From Phoronis australis (Eukaryota; Animalia; Phoronida), in contig NMRA01001227.1 in assembly GCA_002633005.1 (NCBI GenBank), positions 1-37,841 of the forward strand: a DNA stretch of 37,841 nt. Direction: 5' to 3'. A program made the position numbers and the translations under genes. The notes under the pieces were generated by a model, which ran no database searches, was not told the DNA's origin, and saw only the letters and a list, made by a program, of their open reading frames with translations. Shown piece by piece: positions 22,903 through 33,096 of this stretch (the stretch's first letter is position 1; each line of letters opens with the position of its first letter).

Positions 22903-23513
22903 CTACAAGGTATGACACTCCGGACTAGAAATTCCACGGGAGGTTCACTTCAGCCGTCCATAGCAAACACAAAACTCTATAAATTTACACACAAGAGGGG
23001 TTCAACAAACCACGAGGAATTGTTCTTTCTGCCAATACCATTTACAGTGTCCTGCTCCACCGAGTTTGCAACAAATTCGCAGTCAAAGCACAAAAATCTT
23101 CTCAAAAAGTCGCTGCATACTAGTATGCTTCACGCGGTCAAGGTCAAGTAGGGTACAGAATAATACAATGACTTGCGAATCGACAGCAATTGCCGGTTCA
23201 GAACGGAAGGTTACGAAATCGTCTGGCTAAGTGTGGATTTATTGATGTCGTGACCTTCCGTGACAAACCGGCAATTTCCATGTAGCATATTGCTGGTATG
23301 CAGCGATGTTTTGGGAAGATTTTTGTGCTTTTACCACGAATTTGTTGCGAACTCGGTGGAGCTAGACACTCTAAATGATGTTGGGAAAAACAAGAATTCC
23401 TCACGGTTTGTTGAACCTCTGTTTCTTGAAAATTTATTCAGTTTTGTGTTTGCTATGGATGGCTGAAGTGAAGCACTCGTGGAATTTCTAGTCCGGAGTG
23501 TCATACCTTGTAG
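22903..23513. mobile_element. 611-bp near-palindromic foldback element inserted in (TA)n
   Basis: Termini CTACAAGGTATGACACTCCGGACTAGAAATTCCACG and its exact reverse complement; arms remain alignable for ~230 bp; TA repeats on both sides (Tc1/mariner-like target). Confidence 0.9.
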
Positions 23514-23524
23514 TATATATAATT

Positions 23525-24240
23525 AGGGAGAACAGCATTTTTCAAAAATTTTAGAAAATGTGCATGTAATATACATCATTATAAAGCTCTTTTTGAGACT
23601 AAAATAACGATAATAAAATTTTTTAAATTGGACTTATGGTTCCAGGGAAAATGTCATTTTTGTGTCAAAATTTTTGGTAAAAATTCTGTCAAATCGAATC
23701 TGCGAGTTCAAAATATTATGATTTCAAAACTAAGAAACGTAGATAGACATGTGATACATCATTTTAAAGAACTTTTTATGATGAATAATTTGCCAAAAAA
23801 ACATTTCGATTAGACATTCCTGTGCGAAGATATTGACCTTAAAGTCAACACAGCCGACAAAGAGAAGTCACTACGTACAATTTTGTGATTTCGAATTTTC
23901 ATAAAATAACAATTACTCTAGGAAAAAAACAAATAAGGTATCATTTTAAAGATTTTTCATCAGGAAAGTTGAAATTTGATAATTGATTGAGCAAATTATT
24001 GATATTATTTGTGATATTGTTTTTAACAATCATGCTGTTTGCAACCGGCTTAACTTTGTCAAAATCAATTACATTAAATAAAAATTAAAGATAAAAATCA
24101 TTTCAAAAATGTATTGATGACAAGTATGATAAATAGAACATTTTAATACAAGCTTCTGAAAGACATATAATAAATATAACTTTTACGTAAACTTTCCACA
24201 ACAATGTAATAAAATGAAGACCCTGTCATGAGCCATCCAG
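23525..24240. repeat. AT-rich degenerate ~180-bp periodic repeat, probably DNA-transposon internal sequence
   Basis: The motif (at)acatcatt(a/t)taaag recurs near 23571, 23755 and 23938, with a weaker copy near 24098. Confidence 0.45.
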
Positions 24241-24351
24241 GAATGTTCATGCTATAAAACCAACAACTGCAATATTCATAATCCTAAAATTGTCTCAAGT
24301 GATATGAACACAAAAAAGAATCTATGATGGACAGATAAATAAAGTTCTCAA

Positions 24352-24656
24352 GGCATCCTCAAGGAAGGAGGGGCTAAACCCTTTCAGTGACAATTGACAG
24401 TGAAGTACCTTCCAGTAAAAAGACGCTCAGTGGAGTTCCTTGCACAGAATTGTGGTATCCTCAAGGAAGGGGGCCAAACCCTTTCACTGACTACTGTACG
24501 TCAGCGGAGTACCTTAGAGACTTGTGGCATCCTCAAGGAAAGGGAGCCAAACCCTTTCACTGACCAAGTCAGTGGAGTACCTTACACAGACTTGTGGCAT
24601 CCTTAAGGAAGGGGGGGGGCAAACCCTCTCTGACTATCATAAGTCATTGGAGTATC
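24352..24656. repeat. Four-copy ~70-bp tandem repeat with internal hairpins
   Basis: gg(c/t)atcct(c/t)aaggaa(g)gg...aaaccct(t)tc(a)ctgac...gtcagtggagtacctt recurs at ~24352, 24454, 24526 and 24596. Confidence 0.85.
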
Positions 24657-24672
24657 TATATGCAACATTGAG

Positions 24673-24783
24673 TTATTCCAGCACTTCGAAGTCCCTTTGA
24701 CCAAAGTCATCAATCAGCCAAATGGAGTAGATAGCCTCATCTTTGTCGTAATGGATATTAAACCAAGACAGATATCCGAGGAC
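24673..24783 (-). pseudogene. Isolated terminal exon encoding a Spin/Ssty (spindlin Tudor-like) segment
   Basis: tttcag|VLGYLSWFNIHYDKDEAIYSIWLIDDFGQRDFEVLE*; resembles spindlin [29 protein letters not shown]. Confidence 0.5.
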
Positions 24784-26182
24784 CTGAAAGAATACTATAA
24801 TTCATAAATGATAAGAATTATTTGAAGAGTGTTATGCGAAAATGTTACCCTACTTGGAAATTATGCACAACATTTTAACAAAGGTGCCATAATACTATTT
24901 AACTACAAGGTTGTGAAAGAAAAAAGAAATAGCTAGATAGGTCATGTCAGTATTTGTCTGACAGTGTCTTAAGAGGTGGTGTTGGCATATGGCACTCCTT
25001 TGCAAACTCCTCAACAGCATCAAGAGCTGAAAAGCACCGCCTGATAGGTGGAGGGGAGAGCCAAAGTGAAGGAGGCTTTGACCGTGTGTCCATGAGATCA
25101 TGTCCAACTGAATAACTGATAAAATGCAAGTAGAATCAGTAGAAGCAGGAAAGTAGAAGGATCTGGACCAGGAGCTAGAAGCAGAGTCTGGTGAGAAAGA
25201 AATGTGAGACATGATGATGATAGAAACTGATAAATAGGAGTGAAATTATAAGAACAAAAATAATGAAGAAAATAACAACTGGTTTGGTCCACAGCAACTT
25301 CCAACAAAGCTTACCTGGAGGATATAGATCAGGGTGAGATTTATGAACAAATCTCAATTGTTCTGTTAAAAACTATATATACTGGTAGTGGACCACAAAG
25401 TCTTGGAAACACAGGACTGCAGTAGAACTGTACATTTGTAATATTTATCTAAAATTAAATATTTTCATTTTCTATCTTGACATATTCTGAATAAAATGCC
25501 ATGACCAATAAGGCAAGATGGGTGTGGACCTCTCTGGCAACAAGCCAACTCAAGTCTATCAGTGGCTTGACCAACAAAAATGTGAAGCAAAATAGAAAAA
25601 AAACTTAAATATAAGAATCATTATTCTCACTATGAGAAATGACAGTTTAGTTCTCTTTTACAGTGAGTTTTTATCAGGAAAAGTTGAAGTGCTTCAGTAT
25701 TGTAAACCAAACATTCAACGTGATTCACAGGACCACCCCTAGCGGCAGTACCCGGAACTACAAAGTGAGTCAGTAATTCGCCCAATTGTCAGAAATTGAC
25801 GAAATGTTCGTTTAGAACAAGTATTTGAAATAGTTCATTAATGAACCCTTTAGTGCAGAATACAGTTCATACATTCGCAAATTATGTTATATACCAATAA
25901 ATTCAGACAGAAGTTGAAGGTCGTGGGAACATGTGACTTTTTTAACTTTTAAGTGCAGGAAAGTGAAAACTACTTACATAATCGTGTTCGCAAGGCTCCC
26001 TTTTGTTCTTCCACCAAGTTTCTTCTCCTGGGTTGAAAACCAAATTATGGCAAATAGCAGTCATTTTTACCACCAGACATTTTGGTCTGCAAAATCGGTC
26101 ACGTCCCAGCATAAAACTCGTGCAAAGTATTATTAAACGAATTTTGCGACAAAAAATACTATCAGATAAGTAAAACAATATA

Positions 26183-27984
26183 CCGTATACGTTCGGGTTA
26201 ACGCCCTGGGCGGTTAAATTGGCAAACCCAAAAAATCAAGGGTGGGCGGTTAACCAGACATGGGCGCTTAAACGTGAAACTTTAAAAAATCCAGGGTGGG
26301 CGGTTAACCGAACATGGGCGCTTATTACGATAGGCAAGCGCCCTGGGCGGTTAATCTTACCTCGTGATCTAAGTACCCACACCACACACGTAGTCGTAGG
26401 CCTACTCAGAACGCGTAACACTTTTCAAAGAGCGTTATCGTCACGTCGCCACATGACGGGAAAAATGTCATAACAGCGGATGATCCTAACAAAGGTTATC
26501 ATGCCCTCAAATTAGTTATTCACTATTAAATTTACATAATTGCTGAGTAATAGCCCCGTGCCGTCCTGCGGTCTTGTTATTTAGCCCTGTATTGTAGAGC
26601 GCAGACGACCAGTGACCACGCAGCCTCTAGTGGATTGCAACTATTTCATCTTGCTAAAGTGCGCGCGTGCAAGCTTCACGTGTTGCAGAGGTCACAGCAG
26701 ACATCAGATTTATGGTTACAGTCTCGTACTAGCTGCCAACTTCATAGTCAGAGAGCAGTTTTAAAACTGGTTGTAATAAAAGTTTGAAAACCTTAATTCA
26801 TATTTTTTTGTGTTTGGCATGTTTATAGTCAACACTCCGTAACTCAATGACATATTCAGCGTATGGTTCTGTGGCTTGCTGTTTTATCTCGACTGCCCGG
26901 CATTGCTCATTTGCCGTTGCACCAAACATGCTCGGCAAAGAAGTAGGCCCAAGACAAGAATCGGGGTTAAGCGGCCGTGTGCCACTCGTCAATCAAGAAT
27001 AAAATTTCGAGCCACGGCATAAATATGTGATAAAACGCTACAAAACAGCGATGTTTCAATTCATAAACGAGTTACCAAACTTCGTGGTGGAAAAACATTT
27101 ATTTTTCATGCAAGATGTCCAGATTATCCTATTTATATCACTTGCAATATCGCACTGCGGCACTGTTCGGTCCCTTGTTAGCGCGCAATGTCTCAGTCGG
27201 CTGACAATCGTGACTTGGAAATGCCGTCAAGTAATATAACGGCCTCTTTCAATATGCATCTCGTTATTCATGGCCAAAGATAGCGGCGGGATTCAGCACG
27301 TGCGTAGGACCTACGTGAGAGTCACCTGTCAATCACATGTTGGTGTCAAGGTAACATGCAATCCAAAGTGTGGGAACTTGTGCGCGTGCACCACTACAAA
27401 GTCACTCATCAAAAGAGAATAGCGACAGTCCTAAGTAACAGAAACGGGAGTGACTATATACTTTTAACCATTGTCTCATTTCTCTGGCCTGATTTTTTCG
27501 AATATATGTTTTATCAAGCGCACTGCAGACGAAAACTCAGCGCGGCAGACAAAGTCGCTGAAAGCGGAGGTTTTGACGCCGGGCTTAAACTTTGCAAACA
27601 TGGGAAGAAAATAAAGTGACAAAAACGTTCAAGTATTATATTTTGAAGTGAGTCAATGACCCAAGACAATAACTCGTTACTTGTACAATTGCAATTCACA
27701 TTGCTAAACCACCGTCTCGGAGGCCCGGCGTCGTTGCGCTCATTGTGATAATCGATCTTTTTCTAAAAGTCGGGGAATCGCGCGTTTCCTTAGCACTGGG
27801 CACTAAATCTTCATTCGTTAAAAGTCGGGGATGGGCGCTTAACCGAGAGGTGGACGCTTAACTGGAAATCTTCAAAAATCGCAGGGGGGCGCTTAACCGA
27901 GCAGTGGGTGGTTAAATCGAAAATCCACCTAAAGTAGGGGGTGGGCGGTTAACTGAGCATGGGCGTTAACCCGAACGTTTACGG
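26183..27984. mobile_element. 1.8-kb non-autonomous Tc1/mariner (Tc2/pogo-like) element
   Basis: TA TSD; 24-bp TIRs CCGTA(T/A)ACGTTCGGGTTAACGCCC with one mismatch; about six GGGCG(G/C)TTAA subterminal repeats at each end, all in the same orientation; no transposase ORF recognised. Confidence 0.9.
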
Positions 27985-27991
27985 TATTATT

Positions 27992-28480
27992 CATGGCTTG
28001 GAATGACCAATGACAAAAAACGCGGAAACTTTGAAACTTTTACGGCCCAAATCATGCCCGATAACCAGCCTTGAAATGGTCAATGTGAACCTTTCCCCGA
28101 CAAAAATCGGGAGGACTAAAAAAAAGAAAACGTTACCACCATCAGTAGCATGCGTCTGCGTCCTTTTAGCTCGCCCGTCCACCCACACATTTTTGGCTGC
28201 AGAGCGGTAGTATTTGTCGCCGGCTCGCCGCGCTTAACAATAACACGAGACGCCATTGAAAATCCCACCACGCTGTCCCAGCAATGTTGACAATTTACCT
28301 TCCTCCGAAACATAAAGAGCAACTTCCGCTTTTCGAGGTGAACGCCGCGGTAAGAAAGGAATTTGTCGCGGAAATTTTATATCAAATCCGATTTTTTACG
28401 CGGAAATATTATAAAAAAAAGCGGAAAGCACATTTGAAAAAAGCGGAAATCCGCGTTTCCGCGGAAAATTCCAAGCCCTG
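27992..28480. mobile_element. hAT-like MITE (~490 bp)
   Basis: TIRs CATGGCTTGGAAT / ATTCCAAGCCCTG (one mismatch); repeated GCGGAAA subterminal motifs; ATTATT on both flanks as an imperfect TSD. Confidence 0.75.
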
Positions 28481-28739
28481 ATTATTTCATACTTTGTGAT
28501 AATTTTTATTCACGTTTATTAATTTTTGAGTGATTTTTTGCCGATTGTAGTGAGCGAATTTAACACAGTGACAGATGCGCAAAGTGATCCGCTAAAGAAT
28601 GTTGTTCTCGCTAATACAATAGTGTATTGGGGACGATCTGAAGCTGAGGTGAGGACGCCGGCTGTGGCTGGGGTCTTACTCAGACGGTTTCCCCTCACTG
28701 TCTCAGATCCTGACCACAAATATTTGCACAAAAAACTAC

Positions 28740-28877
28740 TTCATCAATCATTTCTTCGTCTTCTTCACCACTTGATGCATCTTCAGACATATTTTCGCAA
28801 TCATCCCCTTCCTCATCTTCTACCAAATCCTTATTTTCTTGTTCGTAAGCAACACGCTTTTTGCTAGGGGCAGCCAT
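28740..28877 (-). CDS. BCCIP: BCCIP exon 1
   Basis: MAAPSKKRVAYEQENKDLVEDEEGDDCENMSEDASSGEEDEEMIDE|gtagtt; basic KKR then acidic N-terminus typical of BCCIP, phase 0 into exon 2. Confidence 0.9.
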
Positions 28878-29102
28878 TTTTTAGTTTTACGCCACCTAAC
28901 GGTCAACAGTTTTTATTCGATATCCAAAATTTAAAGTTTTTGACACTTAAACATGTAAAAAAAGTATAAGTTTTTCAGTTAAAGGACTTTCGTGATATCC
29001 GTTATAAAAATAATTGAAATTATCTATAACTATTTACAAACTTAAAACGCTGGTTTGAGCATCATGTAACTCAGGAAACAGGAAAACCAAAAACCAAGGA
29101 AG
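28878..29102. promoter_or_regulatory. Compact bidirectional promoter / 5' UTR region between BCCIP and the SorCS-like gene
   Basis: 225 bp separate the divergent ATGs; YY1-like AAAATGGC and AAGATGGCG overlap the two start codons; tandem CAGGAAA (ETS-like) at ~29072-29086. Confidence 0.65.
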
Positions 29103-29399
29103 ATGGCGCTTCTATCAACATACCTGTTTGTTGCTGTTCTATTTTTTATGACGTTTCAAGAATTTCAGGCTCGAATTTACACCAGGAATGTGGAAACCAA
29201 CTTAAGAATTATTGATATTAAGAAAGATATCCATTCCCTGAGAAGTCTTGGCTCGCCAATTTTTAATTTTCTCCGTAAACGTGAGCGACGAAGTCATACT
29301 CCTCAGGCTCCTGGTGCAACGCCGAATGTGTCGAAGTCAATACTTCAAGACAAAGACCACAATCAAGCTGTGGTGTATTGGTCTGGAGAGGAAAGCAAT
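29103..29399 (+). CDS. SORCS: VPS10-domain receptor (SorCS-type) exon 1: signal peptide, propeptide and start of VPS10 domain
   Basis: Hydrophobic leader MALLSTYLFVAVLFFMTFQEFQA, furin site RKRERR, then DHNQAVVYWSGEESN|gtatga (cf. SorCS HNQAMVHWSG). Confidence 0.85.
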
Positions 29400-30961
29400 G
29401 TATGACATCCGTTATAAGAGGGTTTTATTGGCATGGTTATTTTGTGTTCTTACATATTAACTAGCTAGGCTTCTAAGAATACTCACCACTTAAAAATAAA
29501 ACACAGCTACTGCAGCTTGAATAAAACCCCATCTAGGACTAGGTACTCATTCCTGATGCCGATGGCCAGATTGAAAGCTGAAATATTATCAACAGCCTTC
29601 GACAGCAGTATATATAAGGGATTATAAGGCAAACATCCAGACAACCATGAAACAAATCACATGAGAAATAGAACATAAACTAGTGCCTGAATGATAGGGT
29701 GTCTAATATTGTTTAAATTGTTTCAAGATGAAGGTTATGCTTAACCCTTGGCTTTGGCTTTGAGACAGTTAAACATCTCAATCCTTAGAGTATGCAGGAA
29801 GCTTTGCAGCAAGTTATGCCTCGTGCTAACTAAGTGTCACACAATCACATTGCAATAAGGAATCCAGCCAAATATAGCAGTCCCGGAGCCAGATTTGGAG
29901 AACCAGTTTCATTCACTGTAGAACAAGCCTATGCCTGTATTTCATTAGTGTAACTATAAGTAGCTGTCAAGTGTAAAGGGGCTTCTTTCGAGGCATTCAA
30001 TGTCTGTGTCTTCTCAAATCTAACAAATTGTATTCTGTCATGATTTCTTTCCAGCAAGTTGTATTGATTAGAAGTTGTTAATGTTGTTATTTAAAGTGCA
30101 TTAGACTTATAAATAGGATATCTGGTAGATCTTTTGAGACAAGTTATTAGATGGTTATGCTAACGATTTCATTAAGTGAATCAACGAACCTGTTGTCAGG
30201 AAAATGCAATTGCTGCTATGTTTGATGGAATTAGAAGAATTTTAAGGACATCGACAATGTGTCGTTCAAGGCTTGACAAGTCATTATAGCAGCGTGATTT
30301 TTGGTTAAGCGATGTAGAAGCATAATTTTCCGAAAATCCTCCATTGACATTTCATTGTTCTTGGTGAATATGAACCTTACAGTCCCAGGAACAAGCCAGT
30401 GGAGGAAGATGCTGACACGTCATTTCTAATTCAGATCAAAACTGCAGTCAAACTGCATGAACTGTGTTTATAATGTTCGCTGGCGTATAAATTTCCAGTC
30501 CTGTTGTCTGATTTTTCTATAATTCAAAATGGCTTGTTTTTGCTTCGCACGGTTATAACGTACCAATTTTTATGTGCCAGTGGATAATTTCACCAACTTT
30601 ACTGTGAACCAGAGCCTGCAAGTCTAAAATTGGTCATGCACGGACTCCTCAATTTCATATTTGTGCACAGCGCGTGAGGCACAACCACGTGTCCAAGCAT
30701 GCTGTTAGACAGCCTTACATATAAGAAAGGACAAGTAACAGGTGCTGTGGTTTTTGTTTTCCCAAAAAGTTGATTTGGTTACTGTGAACCATGGTTACAA
30801 GGAATGTCTTTGATAGGAGGTTCAATGTTAAGGGGTTCAACTGTACATTTCCTTCTGAATACAAAATATGTACAAGTACACAAAAAGTGGTGAATTTTTC
30901 ATGCTAAGATTTAAAAGTTTTTCTCTTCTCCAGACTGTTGTATATGGAATTATCTCCCCTT

Positions 30962-32120
30962 ATTATGCACCCACTTATTTATATGTGGGTGCATATTGTG
31001 GTCATCTATGTCTGGGTGTCCACCGTCCACAGCTGTATCTCATAAACCCTTTACAGGATCTTGATGAGATTTGGCAGATGTTTCTGTGAAGTTGACAGCA
31101 GATGACAACTTTCGAACGGATCAGACTACAGGTGTGCCCCCCAGTGGCAATTTTAGTTCTTTACGTTTACCTCAGCATCTTCAAAGGTCCTCAACGCATT
31201 TTCATAAAATTTAGCAGATAGGCATCTGTTGGTCCAGTTTTTGGATGGATTCGAGGTATTTGTGCCAGCTAATGGCTATTTTTACTGTTTTGAGCCTGTT
31301 TTTTGGTGTCTGCTTCTCTGTCAACCAAACCACTCTAAGGATGATTGTTGAAATTGGCATGTATGTTCCTAATGTGAAGAAGAGGGCTGACGATGATTTT
31401 CCAATGACCTTGACTACTGTGGCGCCTCCTAGTGGCAATTTTGTTTTTTTAACGTCTATGGCTGTATCTCCTAAACCCCTCTGCAGGAACTTTATTAAAT
31501 TTGCCAAGTGTATTTTCATGAAGTTGACAATGAACGACGACTTTCAAAGGAATCCGACAAACACTGTGTCCACTAGTGGCAATTTCATTTTTTTTCCATT
31601 TTCCTCAGTTTCTCTGAAGCTGTTTATCGGATTTTTTAATGAAATTTGGTAAATAGCTTTCTACTGAAACGATGACATGTTCCTGTTTTCAGATGGATTC
31701 GACGTAGTTTGCGCCATCTAGTGGTAATTTTTTTTAATGTTTTTTAGTCTATTGGCAACCGCCCCTCTATCAACCAAATCACTGCCACTCTAAAGATATA
31801 TGTTCTTAGTATGAAAAGGATGGTTGACGATGATTTTTGATGGCTTCTACTGCTGTGGCGCCTCCTAGTGGCAGTTATGTTTTTTGTGCCCATAGCCTTC
31901 TATTGGCAGTTTTACTGATTTCCTGGGTTTCTCTGAGGTTCCATGACAGATTTGTATGAAATTTGGTAAATAGCTTTGATGACACCTGTTTTTTGAATGG
32001 ATTCAACTTATTTTGCGCCATCTAGTGACCATGTTTATAATACAAATAAACACCCCTAGAAGCACACTGTTTGCCGTGCATTCGTGGGCGCATTTCAAAG
32101 CTCTGCATTGCTCTCATTGT
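30962..32120 (+). mobile_element. HINE/DINE-1-like non-autonomous Helentron derivative, copy A
   Basis: 5' subTIR ATGCACCCAC with adjacent inverted copy GTGGGTGCAT, GTCC-type micro-repeat, seven ~145-bp central subunits, 3' subTIR GTGGGCGCAT (32084-32093) and terminal hairpin; no TSD seen. Confidence 0.8.
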
Positions 32121-32750
32121 ATATGGAATTTTCTTGTTTGGAAACAAATGGGAAGTAAAGAGGCATGTCAAGAAGTCACCAGTGATTGATAGGCTTCGGT
32201 ACAATGTAATGGTTGTTCAAAAGTCATGTCAACCTAGTTGTATCCCATTGGGCCACACTGCTAGACCCTTGAGTACAACGTGTACCAGACCGCCTGCAGT
32301 TATTTTTATTTTAGTTGTCTCATGAATATCACGTTAAGGCCATGAGTAGACAGGAGATTGTCACTTTAAAGTCACAAAAACACAGGTTGTTTATATTCAA
32401 AACTTGTCTGGTAGTCATACAGGAAACTAGTAATAGTAAGAAACTGCCAGGTAGATACAGATAGACATTTGTATGATCAGTGGAGTAGCATTACAAAATA
32501 GGGATAAACAACAAAATGAATTTAGTGAACTGCATTTCAATCATTTATCATGGAACATCATCTATGATATTACTTTTGAGGGGACTAAGGAAGCCAGAAT
32601 TGTATTCATTGGCAATTGTATTAAAACAAAAATTTGCTGCAACATACATGAATGTTACTTGATCTGTTTTTGATCATAGTCACAAGGTCATCTTAATAAT
32701 TTGGATTTTGTTGAGGCTGTGCACAATAATTTTGCTATTTTATCTTTCAG

Positions 32751-32815
32751 GCAATCTTCGTGCTGACGAGGAAGAAAGCAATGAATGAAACGATACTAGA
32801 CAGTGTTTTTTACAG
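32751..32815 (+). CDS. SORCS: SorCS-type receptor exon 2
   Basis: tttcag|AIFVLTRKKAMNETILDSVFY(R)|gtatgt; cf. SorCS VILILTK...ESSLWR; phase 0 to phase 2. Confidence 0.85.
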
Positions 32816-33096
32816 GTATGTGTTTATTTTTAGTTTACGTAGTCTTTCCTTAGATTTATTGAATGTACAGTACAAGCCAAAGTGTTCTGATAAAGTGACC
32901 CGAAATTCCCCATTATGGCGAGTGGTTGGAAGCCAAATTCATTGACGGAGTAGTCTTCTCTTGTCACCGAGAATGATGTTGACGTAACAGGAAAGTTGGT
33001 AAGGCCATCCACCCTTATAGTTTTTACCAGACATTTTTGCTGTTAACAGAATTGGCCGTCGTGATGGAAAAACTGTATTTTGTCTGATTGCTTTTG

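Larger units (their letters stand above)
14184..28877 (-). other. BCCIP: BCCIP gene span (BRCA2 and CDKN1A-interacting protein / Bcp1 homolog), 7 coding exons, 300 aa
   Basis: Join 28740-28877, 20945-21019, 19885-19965, 18186-18284, 16677-16861, 15627-15795, 14184-14339. All introns GT-AG, phases compatible, one uninterrupted ORF with the BCCIP motifs VDFE...DFHG..LLQQLF, QNYVGSV, SERFINIPPQ and F.N.EEEFF. Confidence 0.95.

Noticed and set aside
24352-24656. Possible CRISPR-like repeat-spacer array
   Set aside because: Units are homologous along nearly their whole length with no unique spacers; eukaryotic intron context and no cas genes.
28526-28867. 113-aa plus-strand ORF
   Set aside because: Antisense shadow of BCCIP exon 1 and intron start; no recognisable motif.
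29551-29590. CTGATG...GAAA hammerhead-like string
   Set aside because: The core is not CTGANGA and no convincing stems flank it.
31211-31652. ORFs of 102 and 135 aa, and similar ORFs at 33097-34410
   Set aside because: They lie within the non-coding tandem subunits of the HINE-like element, and frames are not preserved between copies.
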